Positions 8,189 to 16,477 of a stretch of DNA of 29,378 nucleotides are shown here, one piece after another. The position numbers were made by a program, and so were the translations under genes. Each line of letters begins with the position of its first letter. The stretch's first letter is position 1. Origin of the DNA: an uncultured Candidatus Saccharibacteria bacterium (GTDB lineage Bacteria > Patescibacteriota > Minisyncoccia > Phycocordibacterales > PALSA-1337); NCBI GenBank assembly GCA_964355845.1, contig CAYHFF010000003.1, positions 1-29,378 on the forward strand, given 5' to 3'. The notes under the pieces are model-generated. The model was not told where the DNA came from and did not search any database. It worked only from the letters and a program-made list of their open reading frames with translations.

Positions 8189-9307
8189 TTATTTTCCTAA
8201 GACCATTTTCAAGTATTGAATCCTTGTTTCTGTAATCGTTTTATACTGAGTGGTTATTTGAGCGCCCATTTTGTCTCTTTTTGCTACAGTATCAATTTCA
8301 GCATACTCTTTTTCTAATGTCAGTAATCTTGTTTGAACTGCACTTTTCTTTTTATCAATTGTGCTCTGAAAAGATGTATAGCCACATAGTGTTTTACTAT
8401 CCTTACATTTATAATAACTATTTGCTTCAATAGCAATTTCTTCGGATTTCAACATTTGATTTACATAGAAGCTCCTCTCCTCTTTTAATTTTTGAATATT
8501 TTCATAATCCTGTGTCTTATTCAATTCCTCAATATATTTGTCATATATGATTTTTGTACTTTCGATACTTTTGCCTGCTGTTTTATTTCCATTATTAAAA
8601 TCTAAAATAGCACTGTTCCAGACATTATCAATTTCTTTATAAGCTATATTACTAGTGTTAGTTTGTGCTATTTTATATTTTTCTGCAGCAATATCGCCAA
8701 GAAAAGGTGATATTCTTCTTCTATACTCCTCTTCACTGATTTCTTTATTGTCAAAGGCTTTCTTATGCGCTTTTATAGTTTCTTCAGAATTTCTAATTTT
8801 TTCATTTGATAAATAAACCTTATTGTTTGGATTTTGCAGATAGGCTAATTCTCTAAATAATGCCTCAGAGTCACTAGTATTTATACCCACTCTCTGTAAT
8901 TGTGTATTTACTTCTACCAGTCTAGGGTCAATTGTTTGTAGTATAAGATATGATGCCAAAACCATTATTAGTCCACCTATGGCATTTTTCATTCTACTTT
9001 TACCATCTGATTTTTGCGATGGAATTTCACTAGTCATATATTCAAATCCTCCCCATATTAGTATTATAATAGATAGAAATACTGAAATCGCTATAGCAAA
9101 TTTGAATATATATGAGATATAATCATCAAATTTAATTGAAGAAATAGTGCTACCCTTTTCACATGCTTTACCATCTTTCTCTACTCCCTCTATGCATGGC
9201 AATGGTTCTAGCAATTTGTATTCGTCTGTATTTGCTGAATTCTCTGCATTAGAAATAAATGGCAGAAGACAAATTGTTATAAATAGACTAAGTAAAATTT
9301 TTTTCAT
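8189..9307 (-). CDS. T4SS pilin (TrbC/VirB2-like) domain protein with long C-terminal extension
   Basis: Signal peptide, then YISYIFKFAIAISVFLSIIILIWGGFEYMTS...GKSRMKNAIGGLIMVLASYLILQTIDP, a two-helix VirB2-type pilin pattern. Confidence 0.75.
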   Translation of the reverse strand: MKKILLSLFITICLLPFISNAENSANTDEYKLLEPLPCIEGVEKDGKACEKGSTISSIKFDDYISYIFKFAIAISVFLSIIILIWGGFEYMTSEIPSQKSDGKSRMKNAIGGLIMVLASYLILQTIDPRLVEVNTQLQRVGINTSDSEALFRELAYLQNPNNKVYLSNEKIRNSEETIKAHKKAFDNKEISEEEYRRRISPFLGDIAAEKYKIAQTNTSNIAYKEIDNVWNSAILDFNNGNKTAGKSIESTKIIYDKYIEELNKTQDYENIQKLKEERSFYVNQMLKSEEIAIEANSYYKCKDSKTLCGYTSFQSTIDKKKSAVQTRLLTLEKEYAEIDTVAKRDKMGAQITTQYKTITETRIQYLKMVLGK

Positions 9308-9309
9308 AT

Positions 9310-10335
9310 TTAAAATATTATTTCTTCTGTATTTTCCTCACTTCTATTTTTATTAAAGTATACAGTAAATTCTGATCTTGCGCCCTGCAAAATATCCTCA
9401 ATATTTCTTACATCAAGGCTAATATTTGAACTACCATCAGTATCACCTTTTGTTTTTATTATTATACTTCTATTTCTAATCAAATCAGGCTGTTCAATAT
9501 TATTTATTGACCAAGCATGCGAATAGTTTTTATTTATATTGAAACCATATGGAACTGCCAATACACGCATTTCAGTATTATTTAAACGAGTTTTGTCAGT
9601 GAGGGCATTATTGAAAAGTAAACCATAAAGCAAATCATCTTCATAAAATGAAATACTAGGGTCAGTTGGTTCAAGTATCATATAGCCTGTACTATTGTCA
9701 GTCTGCTCCCTATTATAAACATTGACACTTATTTCAAGAGGTTTTGGGATTTCGCTTCCCTGTATTTCTATAGATTGTTTTCCGTATCCTTGACCATTTT
9801 CCACATATTTACCATTATTTTTCCATGAATACACAAGTGTTTTTGGATCAATTTCTCTAACCCCATCTTTTGAAAGATGCGGTATGGCTATCAATTTTAC
9901 TTTATTTTGATATACAAATGGTAACTTGCCTTTATAAAATGGGTGACTATGACCTTCTGTTTCCCACAATATTTCTACCGAGCCCGTTTTAATCGATATT
10001 GATTTTCTGACCTCTATACCATCTGGAGTTCTGATTACAGCAGTTATTGTTGATTTTATACCGACTTTAGGAGCTATTATACTTATCTTTTTTAAACCTA
10101 TTCCCTGATTTTGAGTTTTGCTATTTACAAGCCAAACTATCGAAGACGAATTTAAATCAAGCAAATAGCTTTCAAGTGATATTTCAACACTTTGTCCTGG
10201 TCTCGGATTTTCGATATTCATACTTATATTTACTCCATCTACTGAGGTTGGAACTTGGGCATAGACACTGTGTATATTTTGTGAAAATATACACATAACC
10301 ATGACTAATATAGACAATTTAAATATCAATTTCAT
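9310..10335 (-). CDS. Secreted protein with probable Ig-like beta-sandwich domains, unknown function
   Basis: Signal peptide ending VYA|Q; beta-rich segments such as NPRPGQSVEISLES, IVWLVN, YSWKNNG. Confidence 0.55.
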   Translation of the reverse strand: MKLIFKLSILVMVMCIFSQNIHSVYAQVPTSVDGVNISMNIENPRPGQSVEISLESYLLDLNSSSIVWLVNSKTQNQGIGLKKISIIAPKVGIKSTITAVIRTPDGIEVRKSISIKTGSVEILWETEGHSHPFYKGKLPFVYQNKVKLIAIPHLSKDGVREIDPKTLVYSWKNNGKYVENGQGYGKQSIEIQGSEIPKPLEISVNVYNREQTDNSTGYMILEPTDPSISFYEDDLLYGLLFNNALTDKTRLNNTEMRVLAVPYGFNINKNYSHAWSINNIEQPDLIRNRSIIIKTKGDTDGSSNISLDVRNIEDILQGARSEFTVYFNKNRSEENTEEIIF

Positions 10336-10355
10336 TAAGCATATTTTAACATACT

Positions 10356-10781
10356 TTAATTCTCCTGTGGAAAGTTGTTTTGTGATCTAGGTTCACGGAT
10401 TCCAGGATTTGCATTTAATGGCGGAGATCTTCTCGGGAGGGTCATTTTTTTTATAGCCGCTATAGGCATTAGACTTATTCCTGTTTTGTCTTCAAATTTT
10501 GATATAAATATTATACCTATTGTTGCCACTACAACCGAAGGTGTAAAACTTAAATATGGAATCCATTCAAGAACGACAGATGCTATCTCAGGTATTACTA
10601 TTTTCCAATTGAAAAGACCATGCCCTGTTTTCCATAAATACCAAGATATCGCAGCCCAATATGCTGTAGTAGTGAATCCACCGATTATGGGTATAATATT
10701 TACAATATCTACAATACCAGCAGAAACAATTAGCACTATTATCATTCCAAATCCAATTCTATTTTTTTTCTTTTCCTCCAT
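10356..10781 (-). CDS. Small multi-pass membrane protein, unknown function
   Basis: Three to four hydrophobic segments and a Pro/Arg-rich tail; own -10-like TACAAT 7 nt upstream of ATG. Confidence 0.7.
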   Translation of the reverse strand: MEEKKKNRIGFGMIIVLIVSAGIVDIVNIIPIIGGFTTTAYWAAISWYLWKTGHGLFNWKIVIPEIASVVLEWIPYLSFTPSVVVATIGIIFISKFEDKTGISLMPIAAIKKMTLPRRSPPLNANPGIREPRSQNNFPQEN

Positions 10782-10802
10782 TGAGACTATTGTACAGTAT
10801 TT

Positions 10803-12617
10803 CTACTTCTGTGACATTTCCAAATCCTTTTTCGCTTTATTTATAGCCATAACCTGTGCAGGATTTGTAGTAATTATCTGATCTTCTGTATAGGATGCTA
10901 CAACTTTTAAAGCAACATGCTTGAGTCCTACAAAGAATATTCCCTCTCCAACATCAGACTCCAATAACAGATATTTTTCTTCATCGGTAAGATTGAATGT
11001 TCTTTGAATATTATCAATAGATGATGGTGATTGTTTTAGTAGTATTTGAATTGAAGAGTTCGTAATAATAGGTAATCCATATGGTGATTTTAGAAAATCA
11101 TCAACATCCTGAGTAATTGTCGCAAGTCCTAGATAATATTTTCTTCCTCTTTTAGCAAGTCCAAGTAGAAATGATGCAGTATCTTCTGATTTCATCATCC
11201 ACCATGCCTCATCTATCACCAACAGTCTCTTTTTAAGCTCTTTTCTTATTGCATTCCATATATAGTGTGTGACAATATACATTGCAACTGGTTTCAACTC
11301 ATCTTCCATATCTCTTAGTGAAAATACTACGAATTTTTTATTTATATCTACATTTGAGGGGCGATTTATAAAACCTGACCATGTTCCCTTTGTATATTTT
11401 GTCAGTCTTTCAACTAGCGATTCAGCGCCTTCCATACCTGCAAGTACCAGCTCAAAATCAGAAAGCAAGGGTGGTTCAACATTTCTAAAATTTGATTCAG
11501 GAGTTATATCTTTCAGGGCATATGTTTCACTTATTGCCCTGTCTATTATTGCGTCCTCCTCTTGAGTCAATCCACCGAGCATTATACGAAAAAGTCCTAC
11601 AAGGTTTATAATATTTGATCTGAGTATATCTGCCGCACTTTCATCTTCTCTTGGTATAGGCAAGTCAAATGGATTGATATGATGCTCGGAGTTTAGAGAA
11701 ATATTGAAATATTTTCCTCCGGTCGCCTCTGCCATGTACTCATATTCTTTTTCTGGGTCTATTACGATAACTTCTGTGTCAAACATAAGAGTTCTAAGTA
11801 TTTCAAGTTTTGTACAATAGGATTTTCCTGAGCCTGCTTTTGCAAATGTTACTGAATTGTAGTTTTCAAGTAGAAATCTATCAAAAAGTACCAATGAGGA
11901 ATTGTGTCTATTTATTCCATAAAGTATCCCTTTGTCAGATGTTAGGTCAAATGATACGAATGGAAATAGACTTGAAAGTGGTGAAGAGTTCAGTTTTGAA
12001 TGTACTGCTAACTGATCATCGCCTATTGGCAAAACACTCTTATATCCACTTTCCTGTTGAAATAGTGCGGGTTTAATATATACCAATTTTGATTCCAGAA
12101 TTGATTTTATTTCAGACTCTATTTTATCAAGATCTGTAGTATTGTCGCCAAATATTGTTATATATACTCCGACATCAAATATTTTCTCTTGTGCCTGCAT
12201 GAGATTATCACGCAATGCCTCAAGGTCTTGGTATGCAGTATCAAGCATAGGATCTCTAACCAAACCCTTATCTTCTCTTGTAGATATCTGACTCTGCACT
12301 TCAGCTACTTTTTTTTGGAAATGTCTGAGGATTTTAGCAGTGTCTACTGGATGTATAAATATTGAAATATTGAAAATTTTATCAAGGTTAATTATCGGTG
12401 CAAACCAGCTTTCTGTTAGGAATCTAGGATATGAAATCACAAAAAATGTTCTAGCCACCTTTTCTCCCAAGTTTATTTCTTTAGGGCTTATTTTCAATGC
12501 CGATGGAGCTATAACATCTTTTAGTTCTAGTATTCCAGCTTCATATATCTCCTGTGGCATAAGAGAGACTATGGGTGACTGTTCTTTTTTTGCAAATAAT
12601 TTTGAAAATATACTCAT
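10803..12617 (-). CDS. VirB4/TraE-like type IV secretion ATPase
   Basis: GILYGIN..NSSLVLFDRF...NYNSVTFAKAGSGKS (Walker A), VIVIDPEKEY, LLVIDEAW (Walker B), KRGRKY.LGLATITQDVDDF. Confidence 0.9.
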   Translation of the reverse strand: MSIFSKLFAKKEQSPIVSLMPQEIYEAGILELKDVIAPSALKISPKEINLGEKVARTFFVISYPRFLTESWFAPIINLDKIFNISIFIHPVDTAKILRHFQKKVAEVQSQISTREDKGLVRDPMLDTAYQDLEALRDNLMQAQEKIFDVGVYITIFGDNTTDLDKIESEIKSILESKLVYIKPALFQQESGYKSVLPIGDDQLAVHSKLNSSPLSSLFPFVSFDLTSDKGILYGINRHNSSLVLFDRFLLENYNSVTFAKAGSGKSYCTKLEILRTLMFDTEVIVIDPEKEYEYMAEATGGKYFNISLNSEHHINPFDLPIPREDESAADILRSNIINLVGLFRIMLGGLTQEEDAIIDRAISETYALKDITPESNFRNVEPPLLSDFELVLAGMEGAESLVERLTKYTKGTWSGFINRPSNVDINKKFVVFSLRDMEDELKPVAMYIVTHYIWNAIRKELKKRLLVIDEAWWMMKSEDTASFLLGLAKRGRKYYLGLATITQDVDDFLKSPYGLPIITNSSIQILLKQSPSSIDNIQRTFNLTDEEKYLLLESDVGEGIFFVGLKHVALKVVASYTEDQIITTNPAQVMAINKAKKDLEMSQK

Positions 12618-12623
12618 AATATC

Positions 12624-13256
12624 TTAATTAATTTGAATAGGCTTTTCCGTCTCTCCAGGGTTGAATATTTTATAATACAATTCTACCACTTCTTCAGTGC
12701 CAAGTTCAGCTACTCTAATACCGCATCTTACCAATCCTTGCTCCACCACTCCCACTCTCTGTTCTAGCTGGCTTCTGTATTCTTCAAATTTCTCATTTTC
12801 AAGTATTTTGTCATTACTTTTTTTATTCAATAATGTTTTTATAGGATTACTGCTCATAGTTATAGGTGGAGTAAAAGGTATGATTAGAAAAAATCCTTTA
12901 GTCATTATATTGCTATTATCGACAAATGTTTTTATAAATTCTATATATTCTCTGGTTTGTATTTTCATCAATTCACTCATTTGCTCTTTGTACCTTTCTT
13001 CAAGTAATGCAATATATGGCCTTATATCAAGGCGTTTTGATTGAATAAAAATCTGAATTGAAAAATCTAAAGAGTTTATAAAGTTTTGAAATTGTAAAAT
13101 AATAGCACTCTGCTCATCCGCAGATTTCAATGCAAAGTTAAGAGATGAAGCCATGATAATAGATCTCATTGATCCATCTTTGAGTATTACAATACCATCT
13201 CTTATTTCTTGTATAGGTACAAATTCCTGTGTTGTTTTTGTATTTTTTTCCGCCAT
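12624..13256 (-). CDS. VirB4 N-terminal-like (TraC/TraE-associated) accessory protein
   Basis: TQEFVPIQEIRDGIVILKDG...SSLNFALKSADEQ..II.QFQNFINSLDFSIQI resembles the N-terminal region of Gram-positive-type VirB4s, here a separate ORF between PrgI and VirB4. Confidence 0.65.
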   Translation of the reverse strand: MAEKNTKTTQEFVPIQEIRDGIVILKDGSMRSIIMASSLNFALKSADEQSAIILQFQNFINSLDFSIQIFIQSKRLDIRPYIALLEERYKEQMSELMKIQTREYIEFIKTFVDNSNIMTKGFFLIIPFTPPITMSSNPIKTLLNKKSNDKILENEKFEEYRSQLEQRVGVVEQGLVRCGIRVAELGTEEVVELYYKIFNPGETEKPIQIN

Positions 13257-13257
13257 T

Positions 13258-13683
13258 CTATTTTTGATTTTTATTGCTATACATACTTTCCTTTATATCC
13301 AGACTCCATGTTAAGTCTTTCAATTTACTATCAGAAATCTTTGGTACCATTATACCGGCATATTCTTTTGCTTCTTGTATAGCATTATCTGCTTTCTCAT
13401 TTGGCACTTTTTTCCATAAAAATAATTTTGCAGATGTATAGTACTTGAATGCCGCTTCAACAACATTGATAAAAGGCTTATTATTTATTTTATAAAATGC
13501 CAAAGCAATAGAAAATGACATAATTATAACTACAGGTATTATTGATAGAAGAAATGATGATAGAAATTTGTAAATTATAAAGGATAATCCTGCCCCACCA
13601 GCTAGGTATATGAACTGTTTCAATGTCAATGGGCCAAATATTTTATCCTCAACTTCTATAAATTGTGGAACTTGATATCGCAT
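13258..13683 (-). CDS. PrgI family (VirB3-like) membrane protein
   Basis: MRYQVPQFIEVEDKIFGPLTLKQFIYL followed by two TM helices, the PrgI signature. Confidence 0.85.
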   Translation of the reverse strand: MRYQVPQFIEVEDKIFGPLTLKQFIYLAGGAGLSFIIYKFLSSFLLSIIPVVIIMSFSIALAFYKINNKPFINVVEAAFKYYTSAKLFLWKKVPNEKADNAIQEAKEYAGIMVPKISDSKLKDLTWSLDIKESMYSNKNQK

Positions 13684-13702
13684 GTATTTATTATAGCATC
13701 AC

Positions 13703-14419
13703 TTATATTGCTTCCCTATACGGATCAGTTCTACTAATATCATTTTCTGTATTCTTTACTGCTATTTTTTTCTCTATAACCTTCTCGACAGTATTTACAG
13801 GTGTAGTAAGTAAATGATCTATCATAGATACACCATTTATACTCTCTGGGTGTTCTATTTCTTTTAAAATACTATTTCTATTCATGCTTTCATTTGTCTC
13901 TGCTCTACTATCTATAGGTCTTTCCATCTCCTTTTCTATAGTAAAGTCACCAATTTTCTCAATATTTGATATATCCTTATCTATTTTGACGGGTGTTATA
14001 TAGGTAGGTACTGAGGTAATAACTGGATTGATTTTTTTTATTTGAATTTTTGTTTCTTTAGATTCAGTGTTTTTTTCTATATTTTGAGCATTATTATCAG
14101 AATTTGATTGTATTTGTTGGAGCGATGAGCGAATAGGGTCGAAGATTTCGGTGTTTATATCTTTAGACAAATTGATAGCAATTTTGTTACTAATATCAAG
14201 TCTCCTGCTTATATTTGCAACAAAATTATTTTGTTTTGTTAATCCCAGCATAAATAGCACCACTTCATCAGATAATTCAGAGACTTTATCTAGCATTAAG
14301 GAATATTTTTTTGAAATTGAATCAATTTTCTCTGGTAATTCAATAGAAGTAATAGCATCTTTGAGTTCTTGAGGAAGTGTTTCGTAAATTTTAAGTTTTT
14401 GTTCTTTACTATATTCCAT
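13703..14419 (-). CDS. Hypothetical cytoplasmic protein (helical N-domain, low-complexity linker, C-terminal DPYRE motif)
   Basis: 238 aa ORF closely spaced within the cluster; no TM segment. Confidence 0.7.
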   Translation of the reverse strand: MEYSKEQKLKIYETLPQELKDAITSIELPEKIDSISKKYSLMLDKVSELSDEVVLFMLGLTKQNNFVANISRRLDISNKIAINLSKDINTEIFDPIRSSLQQIQSNSDNNAQNIEKNTESKETKIQIKKINPVITSVPTYITPVKIDKDISNIEKIGDFTIEKEMERPIDSRAETNESMNRNSILKEIEHPESINGVSMIDHLLTTPVNTVEKVIEKKIAVKNTENDISRTDPYREAI

Positions 14420-14428
14420 AAATTTTAA

Positions 14429-16459
14429 TTAAAATGTAAAGTTTGTTTTAAGGTATTTCTGCGCACGATCTATTGTAGAATTTGTGGTTGGGGAAATATA
14501 TGATTCAATTATAGCTCTTATCGCATCTCTATCTGGCTTGCCCATATTTCCATTAGCAATAGCTTTCAACATTGCCGGATCTAAATGTTTAGCCACATCT
14601 CTTTGTTTGAGTATACTAGATGGGAGTTTGGCAACATCCTGATGACGACCATTAAGATGTATATTTATCAATTCATCTCCACCATTTGGATTTTTTACTA
14701 TATCTTCAAATCCTTCATTTCTTGCCTTTTCTATAGCTCCTTTTTGTTCCGCTGTTAATTTATCGCTTTTCATCAATGTTTCCATTTTTCCAGATGGTAT
14801 ATGTGATGCAAACTTTTTATTTTTTAATATATCAATTTCTATATTTTCTAATTCTTTAGAATCAAGACTACTTAGGCTTTTTTTCATTTTATCAATCTCC
14901 GCAGTAGTAGGACCACCAGAATTTTTATATGAATTTACAAAAGTATTTATATTACCTATATGTTCCTTATTTCTACTTATACCAGAAAGTGTTTGTGCTC
15001 TCTCTTTATCCTCTTTATCATAATCCTCCGTTGACTTCGATCCACCATACTTTGATTTTGCAGCTGAATTTATTCCCCCTCTAATCGCCTGACTTACACC
15101 TACTGCGCGTAATGCTGATGATCCAATTCTTCCTGCGGCAGTTTTCTGGGCATTGATTGCCATACTGTCGAAGCCTTTACCTAAAGTTCCAGCAACTCTA
15201 CCAATTGTATTTCTACCAACTACACCAACTGCATTTTTTGCCATACCACCCATGAATTTTCCAAGCCCTGTAGCTATACTTAACCCCGGTGCCCATTTTG
15301 CCCCAATTGCTCCAAACTTTATAGCCGCTATAAGAGGTGCATTTATAAACAAAATTGCAATAACATAGCGTATGACTATACCGATATATGTAGCACCAAA
15401 AGGACCTTCATTTTGAGGAATAGTTCCATTTGAACTTATACCTTCATAAAAGATTGAATTAAATCCAGTACTACTGATTAATCTAAGTGATATATACATT
15501 AGTAATAGATACACAGGCAGAAATAGAAGTTGACTAAAAAATAAATCTTTTATTCTATCAGAAACTTCTGCTTTAATTTGAGGAAAAATCATTCCAACAA
15601 AGTAAAATGGTGAAAGAGCCATAACAAAAAGTAGAACTGCTGTTCTTATAAATATAGCTATTCCAATTGCAATAAAACTAAAACATGCAGTTACGATCAT
15701 GAGCACTCCTCCCATAAGAGCGATAAATATACCTATAGGTAAATCGCCATCACCTTTTAAAGCTTTAGTATTGTTGTATATCTGCTGTATTTTAAGACTA
15801 CTCATAAAAACATTTGATATACCACCAGAAGTATATGCACTAGGTACTGTCGTATTGTTCTCTGTATCTGGTGCTATAGCTCTGTAAAATTGCATAGAAA
15901 CAAGATTTGATGCATCGATCATTGTGCGAGCAAAAAATAAACTAAAATTAATGAGTAGTCCGGCGATTATGACATTTGTGATTAAACTTTTTAAATTACT
16001 TGTTCCAACACTAAGCATTGTTTTTATTGAGTAAAAAATCAATAGAAAAATAATAAAAATACTAGATATATTTCTTATTACAATCCAAATCTCGCCAATA
16101 GCAGTGATTTTACTCTGATATTCTCCGATACGAAGTGTTGTAGTGATAGCAAGATTCAAAAAAACTCCAGTAATACTAAGCAATGAACCAACAAGACTCA
16201 TAATTCCATCTGCTATATTTGCCAATACACTATTTATAAAACTTTTTGTAGCACCATTGAGTATTATTGTGCTGGCAGTTACAACTGGAGGAGGAGTTAA
16301 GGTAATTGCCTTTGAAGCGGCATTGAGTACTGCCGCACCAGCAGTTGTCGCTGCAGTCCCTGTTGTTTGCGCATTTGTACTAATAGGAATAAAAATACAC
16401 AATATCAATACTACAGAGATTATGGATATTATGTAATTTTTATTAATTAGTATTTTCAT
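14429..16459 (-). CDS. TrbL/VirB6-like polytopic membrane protein
   Basis: Signal peptide, about 7-8 TM helices including LLINFSLFFARTMIDASN and AVLLFVMALSPFYF, then a Gly/Ala-rich region and a charged C-terminal domain. Confidence 0.7.
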   Translation of the reverse strand: MKILINKNYIISIISVVLILCIFIPISTNAQTTGTAATTAGAAVLNAASKAITLTPPPVVTASTIILNGATKSFINSVLANIADGIMSLVGSLLSITGVFLNLAITTTLRIGEYQSKITAIGEIWIVIRNISSIFIIFLLIFYSIKTMLSVGTSNLKSLITNVIIAGLLINFSLFFARTMIDASNLVSMQFYRAIAPDTENNTTVPSAYTSGGISNVFMSSLKIQQIYNNTKALKGDGDLPIGIFIALMGGVLMIVTACFSFIAIGIAIFIRTAVLLFVMALSPFYFVGMIFPQIKAEVSDRIKDLFFSQLLFLPVYLLLMYISLRLISSTGFNSIFYEGISSNGTIPQNEGPFGATYIGIVIRYVIAILFINAPLIAAIKFGAIGAKWAPGLSIATGLGKFMGGMAKNAVGVVGRNTIGRVAGTLGKGFDSMAINAQKTAAGRIGSSALRAVGVSQAIRGGINSAAKSKYGGSKSTEDYDKEDKERAQTLSGISRNKEHIGNINTFVNSYKNSGGPTTAEIDKMKKSLSSLDSKELENIEIDILKNKKFASHIPSGKMETLMKSDKLTAEQKGAIEKARNEGFEDIVKNPNGGDELINIHLNGRHQDVAKLPSSILKQRDVAKHLDPAMLKAIANGNMGKPDRDAIRAIIESYISPTTNSTIDRAQKYLKTNFTF

Positions 16460-16477
16460 ATTTCTATTTTATTCCTA

